Source: Eledone cirrhosa
Lineage: Eukaryota
NCBI GenBank assembly: GCA_964016885.1
Contig: OZ024743.1
Span: forward strand, 273,668,001 to 273,732,000
DNA: 64,000 nucleotides
Reading direction: 5' to 3'
The notes under the pieces are model-generated. The model saw only the letters and a list, made by a program, of their open reading frames with translations. It searched no databases and was not told the origin of the DNA. Both the position numbers and the translations under genes were made by a program. Below are positions 1-11,855 of the stretch, in pieces. Numbering within the stretch: the stretch's first letter is position 1; the number at the start of each line of letters is the position of its first letter.

Positions 1-397
1 TATATATAATATATATATATATATATAATATATATTTATATATATATTATATATATATATTATATATGTATATTATGTGTGTCTCTATATATATATAGAT
101 ATATATAGGTTTAAGTGTGTATGTGCGTGTGTATGTGTGTGTTAGCGTGTGTGTATATGTCCGTATGTATGAGTGTGTGTACGGTATGTGTGTGTTAGCT
201 TATGTGTCTGTATGCGTGTGTGTCTGTCTGTGCGTGTGTGTATATGTGTAACTGTTTGTGTGTGTGTACAGGAATTCATAAGTTTCCTAAAATATGTCTG
301 TATGCTTAATTTTTCTTAAAAATTATAAACTGGTTCTTCCTGTCAGAGATAATAATCTGATTTGAGAATAATGCATCTCAAAATATGAACATGGGTG

Positions 398-428
<31 letters not shown>

Positions 429-466
429 CTGTTTTTGTGTGTTTGCGTGTGTGTTAAATATATATC

Positions 467-508
467 GACTAGCAGAAAAACCACCCACCGGGTGGTTTTC
501 TGCTAGTC
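467..508. repeat. Near-perfect hairpin with CTAG at both ends (Helitron-like 3' terminus)
   Basis: gactagcagaaaa-a-ccacc...ggtgg-ttttctgctagtc; CTAG is followed directly by TCTATTTATATATATAA...ctgtctgtc, which resembles a Helitron 5' end. Confidence 0.6.
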
Positions 509-2800
509 TATTTATATATATAACCAGCAATTTCTCTGTCTGTCCGACAGTGGAAACACGTGCGTAGAGAGAGAGTGAGAGTGAAGGAAAGAGATAGACT
601 ACGAGAGGGGGATAGCGGGAGGGAGAGAGGGAGAGAGAGAGAGTGAATAGACGCTAAAACACGTGCTACAGAAACATTACCTTCCCCTCTCCACTGACTT
701 TGGTCACTGAGGCGGAGGGAATCGCTGGTTGTTATAGAGACACTTTGCACAAGCCAGAAGTAACCAGTTCGAGGCGGTTCTGACTTGACACCATGCGAAG
801 AAGGTTGCCATTGAATTTGTGGTTGTTGCTGCTGATAATAAGGACCATTTGAAGAAGGTTGCTGCTGTTGAGGTAATTTATTAATCAGATTGCGCAGTTC
901 CATAACCTACGTTTGATTTGTTCAATTTTTTACTTCAATTTTATTTTTGTTTTTTTTTATTTCTTATTAAAAAAATATAAATAATAAAATAAGGTTAGAA
1001 ATTTAAATACAATCAAATACGATTTAATTTCCATTTCCAACAGCCAATGTCCAGTGTTCAATTTCATGAAAAAATTGGAAATAATTCAAAAAATTGAAGT
1101 TTAACTTTTGAACATTTGTTTTGACAATGAACAAATATTTCCTTATTCACACTTAATGGTATGATTAAAATTTCATAGGAATATTTTTTTCTAACCGCCA
1201 GTTATTTAAATATTATTAAAAATAATTTTTTTTTTTAAAAGAAAGGAAGATTTTGTGGATTTTTTTACTACCTTCCAAGCCTTAAACACTAATTCTCGCG
1301 AATTTATCTTTTGTAATGACCCTCAGAACGCTGCTATTGTTGATTCCAATAGTGCCTGGTATTCGAATATGTTAGTATACAATTGTTTGAATAAAATTAA
1401 GGCGCAAACAAAATTTTTTTCGGCTTCGGCCCATATTATTTTTGGGAAAATTCTATTGGCTCTAATGAGTCTGCCTCTGTTAGCGTTATTTGCGACAGTC
1501 ACCATTTCTTGACTTTCAAGTCTATATATGTAAAGCTGAGGTTGTCTGTCTGTCGTTCTACTAAAGCCTTCGGCACACATCTCCTCTTAAACCGTACGTT
1601 TAAATTTCAGGGAAATTGCTACACTTATAGATGAAGGTCCGGCGGAGTCACTGCCTGTCTGTCTGTTTACTAAAACCTTCGGCACACATCTCCTCTTAAA
1701 CCGTACGTTCAAATTTCGGTGAAATTGCTACACTTATAGATGAAGGTCCGGCGGAGTCAAAACTTTTCAAATCGACCCACGCCAAGTGTAAAAATCGAAT
1801 TTTTAATCTCCTTATAATATATAACCAGCAATTTTTCTGTCTGTCTGTCTGACAGTGGAAACACGTGCGCGCGTGCGAATGTTTTTTGCGCACGCGTAGA
1901 GAGAGAGTGAGAGTGAAAGAAAGAGACAGACTACGAGAGGGGGATAGCGGGAGGGAGAGAGAGAGAGAGTGAATAGACGCTAAAACACGTGCGCGCGTGC
2001 GAATGTTTTTTGCGCACGCGTAGAGAGAGAGTGAGAGTGAAAGAAAGAGACAGACTACAAGAGGGGGATAGCGGGAGGGAGAGAGGGGGAATTGAGGAGT
2101 GCTACAGAAACATATATACATTTCTGTGTGTGTGTAATATATATATATTTACACACACAGAAATATATATATATAAACACAGAAATATATATACATTTCT
2201 GTGTGTGTAATATATATATATATATACACACAGAAATATATATACATTTCTGTGTGTGTAATATATATATATACACACAGAAATATATATATACATTTCT
2301 GTGTGTGTAATATATATATATATACACACAGAAATATATATACATTTCTCTATGTGTAATATATATATATACTAGCAGAAAAGAACCCGGTGGGTGGTTT
2401 TCTGCTAGTCGATATTATAATAAGAGAGTTGTCTGTCCGTCCATCTGTCCGTCCCTCCGACCGTCACGCTCACTTTATACAGAGAGGTGGAGCGTCAAGC
2501 AAGAGATATGTACATAGATAGACAGACAGAAGGGAAGACTGTATTTTCGAGGTAACAGAAAGGAGTTGATAGACAAAAAGCTATGACTTCACCCTCATCT
2601 ATATACAGAGAGAGGGGGAGCGCCTAGCGAGATATATGTACATAGGAAGAGAAAGAACAGGGAACACCACGTGTTTTCGAGGTAATTGAAAGGGGTACAT
2701 AGACAGAAAGTTATGAATTCGCCCTCATCTATATACAGAGAGGTGGAGCACCAAGCGAAAGAGATGTACATAGACAGAGAGAGAAAAGGAACGCCATTTA
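507..2800 (+). mobile_element. Composite of non-autonomous Helitron-like modules
   Basis: TC-starting 5'-end motifs at 507, 1521 (tctatatatgtaaagctgaggttgtctgtctgtc) and 2409; CTAG hairpins at 467-508 and 2371-2410; internal duplications 512-667/1815-1990/~1987-2085 and ~1545-1650/1655-1760; ~125 bp tandem units at 2475-2790. Confidence 0.55.
2105..2370. repeat. Minisatellite of ~40-45 bp palindromic units
   Basis: Repeated acacacagaaat-(at)n-acatttctgtgtgt units separated by (TA)n. Confidence 0.85.
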
Positions 2801-2821
2801 TTTAAAGAGAGAGAGTGTGTT

Positions 2822-2823
<2 letters not shown>

Positions 2824-2910
<87 letters not shown>

Positions 2911-2918
2911 TGTGTGTG
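2824..2918. repeat. (GT)n microsatellite
   Basis: Direct reading. Confidence 0.97.
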
Positions 2919-3149
2919 ACAGAAAGAGGAGATGACATCGTTCTCATCTTGTTTATATCTATATTGCACGTGTATATGTCCAATTATGTAAGCGTGTAGT
3001 CGTTTCTCATTCTAAGGTCAGACATGACGCGCCACACATGTGACCAGACAATCCAGTCATGACCATCTTTTCATTTTACGTACATCCAATACTAGATCAT
3101 CTAGTGGCATAAAAAGATACGCAGCACAATTTCCCTTCGCAATTTTTGA

Positions 3150-3245
3150 GGTTTTGGTTTCGATCTCACTGAGTGACATCATGGGCGAGTATCATTTACT
3201 ACATCCGTGAGTCGACCCATGCCTTTGGAATACCATCAGTTGGAC
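3150..3245 (+). mobile_element. Degenerate SINE fragment
   Basis: ggtttcgatctcactgagtgacatcatgggcgagtatc...gtcgacccatgcctt resembles a B-box plus body of cephalopod tRNA-derived SINEs (recalled, not searched). Confidence 0.4.
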
Positions 3246-4214
3246 TGTACTTATAATTCTAACGGCTAATCTTGTCATACACTCTATTATGTTGAATCTT
3301 CCTACGAATTAGTCTAATTTCATGAGTAGTCTATTCCGTTTAACAACTGGAAAACTCATCGAAGAAACCAACGAAGCTTCATTAGATGCAACTTTGTGCG
3401 TGTGTTGTTATTCATCCCTTGATCACCTATGACAGAATATATCTGTTATCAGCTATTTGAGTCAAGTCATCGTTTCACTTTTAGAAGAATCAAATTATTC
3501 ATGAAAAGTGTGCTATAGCTTACTTAAGGCATTGTTTAATGTGAGGGAGAGTTCTCCTTTATATCCAAAGAGCTCAAATTAATAATGCTTAGAAATGCTC
3601 ACAACTGTTCATTTGGGTACGTGTTTTATAATATGTTTTTAGGGTACTGCGACTCGCAATCATAAGTGTGTGAGTTCAATTCTCAGTGATGCATTTTATC
3701 ATTGAACAAGGCACTTTACTTCTCGTTGGCCAAGTCACGCAGTCTCCACGAATTATGATAAAGTTACACATGGCTCTGAAATACACGGTCTGCTGCAGGC
3801 CGTGAATTGCGTGAACATCTTAAGCGAACAATTCGGAATCGACGAAAATCATAAAACAACAATTCTTCTATACAATATATAAATATATTTTTCAAATATT
3901 TTCTATTTTTATGCAAATCATAAATATCACTTTATAAATAATTTTTTTTTTTTTTTTGTATTTTCTTTAACATAAGGTGTACTTCGGTTTTGGTGTAAAA
4001 GAAATTAGGGGCATGCAACTATAATTATACATGGCTTATCCATAGTATGCATATGTATTATCATTAATATTATCCAACCACACACAAGTTGGTGTTACCT
4101 ATAAGGACAGGTGAGAAAATGAAAGGAAATAGCACTTAAATCCTGATGGAGACCAATGGTGCCTTCCTGACAAGGTGAGGGTGCAATATAAAATAATAAA
4201 GAGATATAGAGAAA

Positions 4215-4375
4215 GAACGGACAACAGCACCAGAATGATATTTTCTTTTCGCAACTTCAAAATGATGACAGGCAGAGTTGACTTTAGCAGGATTTAAAAC
4301 GAACGCGTCATGGCCGCACATAATAATGTGGCACACAATCCGACACCTAAGCGACTTTGCCAATTCACCGCCTAA
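4215..4375 (-). mobile_element. Degenerate tRNA-derived SINE
   Basis: Minus strand begins ggcggtgaattggcaaagtcg and aligns loosely with the intact copies at 20765 and 51791. Confidence 0.55.
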
Positions 4376-4894
4376 GAGCGTGGTGACTTACATTAAAAGC
4401 AATATTCATTTAATTTCTTCTTGTTTTGCTTCTATCTTTGTATGTTTTCATTAATCGATGCAGCGTAAGTATGTAATCAAAATTTGGCTCTGCTAGAAAA
4501 ACTGTCATGGCGTTTACAAATATAGAGAATTATTGCCATAGTAACGTATAGGCTGCTAACAAATGCATGATTGCAGATCTATGGTTAAATATAGTCTCTT
4601 ATAAAACATCCACATATGTTTCTTAGTTGTGTGGCAGTTGATGACATAGTTTACTTGTCGAAGTCCATGAAATATATATATATATAAATATATATATATA
4701 TGTGGGGGGAGGGGGTGTTGAACAAGCTGTTTAAACGGAAAGAGCTCAACCGTCGGGTCCCGACTCTTTATAATATAGCCATACTCTACTACCCCAAGTA
4801 TCGAGTATTCTGTTGAGTAATAGTCCATACTGAATTATATATATATATATATATATGAAATATAAGAATCAAAGAACTGTTCAAAACATGTTTA

Positions 4895-4941
4895 TGCTTA
4901 CAACTGTTTCCTCCAAACCGAGGTTCGGGTTCTTCGGAGCA
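4895..4941 (-). ncRNA. Type-I hammerhead ribozyme-like motif (core variant CCGAAGA)
   Basis: UGCU-CCGAAGA-a-cccgaacc/ggtttgg-ag-GAAAC-AGUU-GUA-AGCA; helices I, II and III are all formable; U4 is replaced by C. Confidence 0.5.
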
Positions 4942-5329
4942 ATTTATTAATGAGTGAACACTTGTATGACCTCCTTTTCACCCAAGAGACATACAGATAC
5001 ATATGCAAATACCGTGGGTCAACATTCATTACAGCATTTAGAGTGGCAGTACACACTTAGAGATTACATTCATATTAAAAGATACAATCAAAAATACAAT
5101 CAAAAATACAGGTTAAAATACAACATGAAAATAGGCGGTTATATAGTGCAAATGTTATATGTGTGGCAAGCACGTGCGCCTTGTTTATATAGTGTGGCAG
5201 AGAGTTACGTGTAGTAGAAGCAAGGTTGGTTGATCAACCAACCTAACACTCTTGTTTACCTACCTATGTGCTTCTACTACACGTAACTCTCTGCTTGTCA
5301 CACATATAATGCAAACCTTCTAACCATAA

Positions 5330-5783
5330 TTTTCAGTAGTACCACCCCACATAAATTCCTCAATTTAAGAATGACCTGTAGTATCGAATTTCATACTATA
5401 AACCTCAATTGAATATATATCTAACCAGGAATGCTTTTTGTCAAAATCAGTCATATGGAACTATTGTCATTTTGCCTGACGGTTTGAACTTTACAACACC
5501 ACCGACCTCTTTGAGGTCAAATACCAATCTTACTAGCATCTACAAACTGACCAATGAGAATTAAGATTATTCCTGCTGACAACATTAAATTATCCCTAAC
5601 AAGCTCATATGTCCAAAGGCTCTGAAACCATCAACATCAAAAACACAGAGCTGGCATATCTAAAAGCTGACTACCTGCCTGATGAGGTCATATCCATACA
5701 ATGGCTATCATCGAAATATATATAGCAGTAAATAAAAGATTATAAGTTCATGCAATTGACTTATGTTTCGTCACTATATATAG
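5330..5783 (+). mobile_element. 3' end / pLTR of a Penelope-like element
   Basis: Y-KPQLN-like coding remnant near 5395-5413; hammerhead at 5675; ends in (TA)n; the last ~180 bp recur at 62730-62900. Confidence 0.55.
5675..5728 (+). ncRNA. Minimal type-I hammerhead ribozyme
   Basis: CUGC-CUGAUGA-helix II (ggucauaucca/uggcuaucauc, with mismatches)-GAAA-UAUAUAUA-GCAG. Confidence 0.7.
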
Positions 5784-5938
5784 TCCGGGAACCTTATAGG
5801 CACCCGTTTTACGTGAGTTGTGTTGAGGCAAATAACTATGTGTATACTCTGGTAATGTATCTTACATTGCCCATTGAGTGCGCTGAGATACAACCGGTAC
5901 TGGCATTGATAAATATGCTGGGTCCGTCAACCCTTATT

Positions 5939-5970
<32 letters not shown>

Positions 5971-6464
5971 TGGGATGGGTGTTTGTATATATATATATTA
6001 TATGTCTCTCTCTCTCTATATATATATATAGATAGTTAGATACATGTATATGTGTTTGTATCATGTAAATATATATATGTGTGATGTGTGTGTTTATTTT
6101 TGTGTGTGTATGCGTGCGTGTGTGTGTTAATGTGTATGTATCTATGCCTGCGTTTATGTCTGATTATTTCCGTAATTTCGCGGTCCGACTAAAAAGGTAA
6201 GATATGCACCAGGCTTGAGAGTTTAGGTAATAGAGGAAAATTCCTTCAAATTAAACTGATACATACATATATGGACATACATATGGACATACATATAATT
6301 GGACATACATATGTCTGATTTATGGATCTATCCTTAGTGGGGGCAGAGTGGTGAAACACTCCTTCATGTGGGCCATCTCAGAAGTAGCCGTTTCAAATGG
6401 ATCATTCTGGATCTTTAAGCGAGACTGGTTGGTTTTTGCCCTGAAAAGCTGTACGTAACATTGG

Positions 6465-6679
<215 letters not shown>

Positions 6680-6755
6680 TACCCACTCTACTACCCTAAG
6701 TATTGAGTACGTTGGTGCGTTATGGTCCACCTGGTTCCTTACCACATTTCCTTCG

Positions 6756-6787
<32 letters not shown>

Positions 6788-6790
<3 letters not shown>

Positions 6791-7196
6791 TGCACACATA
6801 TATATATGTACGTATGGATTCACCGAACATTTATTATAATGCTCGGTGTGTTTAACAAACATCCCGAATTAAGCCGTACAGTGTCTAGCAACCATCGTTG
6901 CTCATTTGTTCAACACTGACAAAGGAACGCTGTACTAGTTTCAAGCTTATTAGCTATCGTCAGCAACGTATACCTTCCTGCCAGATTGATTGAACGTCTG
7001 AAAGTATATACTTTCCTTATGCATATTAACGGCTGGCCAGCCTAATTTGCATATCGAATGAGTTAATCGACCGGGCGCGCCGAAAACGATAAACGGAAAA
7101 AATGAAACGAAATTTTATTTCTCACTCTTAGTACGGCTGTTACTTAAATATAAGTATGTATACGTACATACATATATGTATACAGACGTACAGTAG

Positions 7197-7242
<46 letters not shown>

Positions 7243-7640
7243 CATGCACACGTATATATATGTACGTATGGATTTACCGAACATTTATTATAATGCTCGG
7301 CGTGTTTGTAAACAAACATCCCGAATTAAGCCGTACAGTGTCTAGCAACCATCGTTACTCATTTGTTCAACACCGACAAAGGAACATTGTACTATTTTTA
7401 AGCTTATTAGCTATCGTCAGCAACGTATACCTTCCTGCCAGATGATTGAACGTCTGAAAGTATATACTTTCCTTATGCATATTAACGGCTGGCCAGCCTA
7501 ATTTGCATATCGAGTGAGTTAATCGGTCGGGCGTGCCGAAAACGATAAACGGAAAAAATGAAACGAAATTTCATTTCCCACCCTTAGTACGGCTGTTACT
7601 TAAATATAAGTATGTATACGTACATACATATATACGTACA
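6788..7640. repeat. Tandem duplication, two ~400 bp units separated by (TA)n
   Basis: ~6790-7180 is near-identical to ~7245-7635. Confidence 0.9.
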
Positions 7641-7672
7641 TACATATATTTATACGTACATACATATATACG

Positions 7673-7750
<78 letters not shown>

Positions 7751-7948
7751 CGTATATATGTATGTACGTATAAATATATGTATGTACGTATATATGTATG
7801 TACGTATACATACTTATATTTAAGTAACAGCCGTACTAAGGGTGGGAAATGAAATTTCGTTTCATTTTTTCCGTTTATCGGTTTTGGCACGCCCGACCGA
7901 TTAACTCACTCGATATGCAAATTAGGCTGGCCAGCCGTTAATATGCAT
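7475..7948. repeat. ~470 bp near-perfect palindrome centred on (TA)n
   Basis: ORFs 7533+ and 7890- translate almost identically; arms of ~205 bp flank (TA)n at ~7680-7742. Confidence 0.93.
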
Positions 7949-7968
7949 ATATATATATATATATATAT

Positions 7969-8674
7969 ATATGAGAATAAACGTGCTGCGTGGTTGCAAA
8001 TGGGTTACATATGAAAAAAGTGGTCCTTCATCAGTGATCTTCCAACCATCATTGGTAATTATTCGCTTCAAAGACCATATACCTCCGGTTGGTGCGAGCA
8101 ACGGCTAAAAAAAGTCGTTGAGACACGTAAATAAAGGGAACAGCGAGAGTGTAAACAAACAAAGATGGTGAAGCAACGAAAAGTGAGGAAGAACGAGTCA
8201 AGTCCCAAATTTCCATGAATATAAGTTCGGTGAAATCGTGAATGAGAGAGAATAAAGACCATCAAACCTGGTTGGAAAGTGAGCAAGGAAGGAATTCCGT
8301 ACAGGTCTAACGGGAGGAAGAAGGAATCTAGTCTGTGAATTCGGTGAACATTAGTTCTGTGAAATCGTAGACGAGAGAGAGAAAAAAGGCGAGCCAGCCT
8401 GGCCAAGCGTGCGAAAGAAAAGAATTACGCACATGTCAAACGGGAAGAAGGAGGAGGAGAGGTAGTAACAGAGAGTGAGTGTGTGAAGGGTGAGGAAGAG
8501 GCTAACAGAGAGAGTGACTGTTAGAGAGGGTAAAGATACAGAGAAAGAAGATGCAGTAAGAACGAAATAGACAAGTCACAGCGGGGAATAAATATGTGTA
8601 AATATGAGAATAAACGTGCTGCGTGGTTGCAAATGGGTTACATATGAATAAAGTGGTCCTTCATCAGTGATCTT
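7969..8674 (-). mobile_element. Small element bounded by 73-bp direct repeats (Penelope pLTR-like, non-autonomous)
   Basis: 7969-8041 matches 8602-8674 with one mismatch; the repeat carries CUGAUGA-aggaccac on the minus strand; abuts (TA)n. Confidence 0.5.
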
Positions 8675-9903
8675 TCAAATTGTTGGCCTTAGGGCCAAAA
8701 GAGGTAACAATTATTCAAGTATTATTAAGAAATATTTCCAAACCCAGCAATATAAAAGAGTGTTTAATATACTATTGGTTAACGTTTTCTATATGACACT
8801 AATTCAAGTATTGACCCATTTGATCATTTGATAGGCAAATGCTTGTTGTTATATATTTATTTCTTAACAATACTATATGTAACTATATATGCATATGGTT
8901 GTATACATGTAGACAGCATGACACTAAATATTTAAGTTCGTTTCAGTCATAATATTCCGAATTTGCTCCTGTTAAACACACACACCCACACACACAAACA
9001 CACAAACACACAGACACATATACACAGACACACACACACACAGACCCCCCCACACACACATATATATTATAATATCTAAACTATGTCATTGAAAAGTATT
9101 TTTTCTGTGTCTATCTATATAGCAAGTAGTAGTGTTTGGGACACTGAACTGTTGCTTTCGTTGATGTCTGTACACACATGGCAGAATAAATCACTTAATC
9201 GTCAGCAATTTACTATTGTATTTATTGTAAATGTTATTATTGTTCCGAGGAACAATTGGTGGTTATATCAGTCTCATCTCAATCACATTGCTAATTAAGT
9301 TTGCAACGAAAGGCAAACAGATGACAACTACTCATTTCTTTGAAGAAAATCCCAACTGTTTTGTTTACTGATCAATTAAGTCTTGTTGTCACCCACTAAT
9401 CATAAATACATGATGGCTTCGACCTCGTTATCGAGTATGGCCATTGCACGATATACCATAATTAATAATTATTAATTAATTCTATCGTGCAATGACTGTG
9501 CGTGAAGATATTTTTTAAAGTGAGGAAAAACTGTGCACTGAGCCAATCCCACTCTCTGAGCGACACTAGCTGTAACTCGAACAGAAGAAAAGATCAACAT
9601 CATCGTTAATTACGGAGCCACAGGTTTTATATCGGAGTTATCCCAGCTTCCTCACCTGCCTTCTCCTAGAAGAATGCCCTGACAAAGGCTAGGTGTCCTT
9701 CACTGTCAGTGGTTTTTAACCGCGTGATCGGCTGTTCAGCCCGACTATTTCTATGTCCCCGCGCATATACATACATACATACATACATACATACATACAT
9801 ACATACATACATACATACATACATACATACATACATACATGTATGTATGTATGTATATATATATGTGTGTGTGTGCGTGCATATTTATTGATGTTATGAT
9901 CAT

Positions 9904-10092
9904 TGGATTGGCAGTATCGGTAGAGGGTCGGACGCTATGCTTTGACGCATAGATTTACTGCCCTTGCCATTCTGAGTTTAAATCCCGCCGAGGCTAACTT
10001 TGCCTTTCATCCTTACGGGTCTATAAAATAAAGTACCAGTAATGCACTGGATAATTGCTGGCCTTGTGCCAAAAGTAGAAACAGTTATTATT
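9904..10092 (+). mobile_element. tRNA-derived SINE
   Basis: A-box tggcagtatcgg, B-box-like gagtttaaatcc, shared body and gaaacagttattatt tail. Confidence 0.85.
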
Positions 10093-10149
10093 CTATTACT
10101 TTGTGTCTCAACACAACCTCAAATATAGCTCTGTAAATTTGCTCTATTT

Positions 10150-10625
10150 TCACACTCTTATTCAGCCTAAGTGAGAGAATGCTGTGTCGCATTCGAATAA
10201 TCTAGAAACACTTCCTTAAACAACCAGCTAGGGTTAACTCAATCCCAATACTGCACTAGGGCTTGATGTACACAACCACAAGCGTATGGTCCGAACGTGA
10301 AAGAGTCGAACTCCCACTGTCATCGCCGCCATCTCTCTTGCCTTCCCCATCTCTCCGAATGGTGAGCAAATGGGGTATCACGTGCTGGCCTCCCCACAGC
10401 CCCGGCGGACAGAATGGAGAAGGCGTTTCCCCGGAGAAGGGTAGTAGAGTTGCGGTGGAAGAGCCATTCCAACTTGTGAGGCTCACACATGCGGCTGGCC
10501 GGCTCAGCACCTATGGTGGTGAGTAGGGAGTTAGCCCCAGAGCCAAGGACACCAGAAGTCTCCAATGCCAAGGGCACTACTGCGAACATGTCGGAGAGCC
10601 TAGCGTATTGAACTTTTTGACTGTT
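10150..10625 (-). mobile_element. 3' fragment of a CRE-clade (RLE-type) non-LTR retrotransposon
   Basis: KVQYARLSDMFAVVPLALETSGVLG...WLFHRNSTTLLRGNAFSI matches the K..Y..L / P.A.ET.G..G / RGNA..I C-terminus typical of CRE elements. Confidence 0.7.
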
Positions 10626-11009
10626 TTGTCGAAGCCCTTATGGGTTAAACTTGTTTGTTTATCAAACACACCCCTTTCTGGAAATTAGTATGGGAGCCAA
10701 AAATATTGCGTCAACTAAATGGAATGACCAGTGGTCGTTAGATTGGAGGATCCAAAATTGAGAAACAATTGAACAATAACAACAGAAGCAGTAGCAACAC
10801 TAACAATAACAACAGCAAGCAAAACTTAATATTTCATGCCGCAGCCATAATTGAATTAGAATTTCCACCTGTGTCAATGTCTATTTCTGTGAACGCACAA
10901 CGTCTGTAAGCATAGCAAATACTACTAACACCACCACAACCTCAACAACTGGAACAAAAGACAAAAATAACACTTACACATTCGTCAGCAACAACACAAT
11001 AACAATGAT

Positions 11010-11855
11010 AACTGTTTCGACATCTGGCACAAGGCAAGTACTTATCCCAGTGTATTACTGGTGCTTTATTTTATCAACCCCGTAAGGATAAAAGGCAAAG
11101 TTAAACTCGGCGGGATTTGAACTCAGGCCATAAAGTGGCGTAACTCTATGCTGCAAAGCATGCCGTCCGACCCTCTACCGATACTGCCAATCAAGCACAA
11201 TAACAATTATGAGTTCTAGTATAGGCACAAGGCCAGTAATGGTGAGAGTAGACGTCGATAAAATCGACCCCAGTACATTATTGGTGCTTTATTTTATCGA
11301 CCCCGTAAGGACGAGATGCAAAGGTAACCTGTGCTGAATTTGAACTTAGACCGTAAATGGGTGTAACTCTACGCTGCAAAGCATGGTGTCCGGCCCTTCT
11401 ACCAACACTGCCAATCCACCACAATAACAATAATAATTGTTTCTACTTTTGAGGGATTTGAACTCAGAATGGCAAGGGCCGTAACTCTCTGCGTCAAAGC
11501 ATGGCGTACGATCCTCTACCGATACTGCCAACAATAATAATTGTTTCTTCTTTTGGCACAAGGCCAGTAATTATCCCAGTGTATTACTGGTTCTTTATTT
11601 TATCTACACCGTAAGGATGAAAGCAAATCAACCTCGGCGGGATTTGAACTCAGATCATAAAAGGACGTAACTCTTTGCTGCAAGGCATGGAGTCCGACCT
11701 TTTACCGATACTACCAATACCCCAGGTTAGCTTTACCTTTCATCCTTACGGGATCAATAAAATATAGTACCAGTAACGCACCGGGGTCGATTTAATCCTC
11801 TTTGCCCTCCCCTCATATCATTGACCTTGTGTCTAAATCAGAAACCATTATTATT
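11010..11855. mobile_element. Cluster of five SINE copies or fragments (four minus, one plus)
   Basis: Repeated ggcacaaggcc...cccagtgtatt...cggcgggatttgaactcag...ctctaccgatactgccaa blocks at ~11020, 11220, 11450 and 11550; inverted partial copy at ~11725-11853. Confidence 0.85.

Noticed and set aside
2105-2370. CRISPR-like array of palindromic repeats
   Set aside because: The spacers are only (TA)n, there are no cas genes, and the context is eukaryotic
9442-9494. miR-92 family (AUUGCAC seed)
   Set aside because: The seed is on the 5' arm and the rest does not match miR-92
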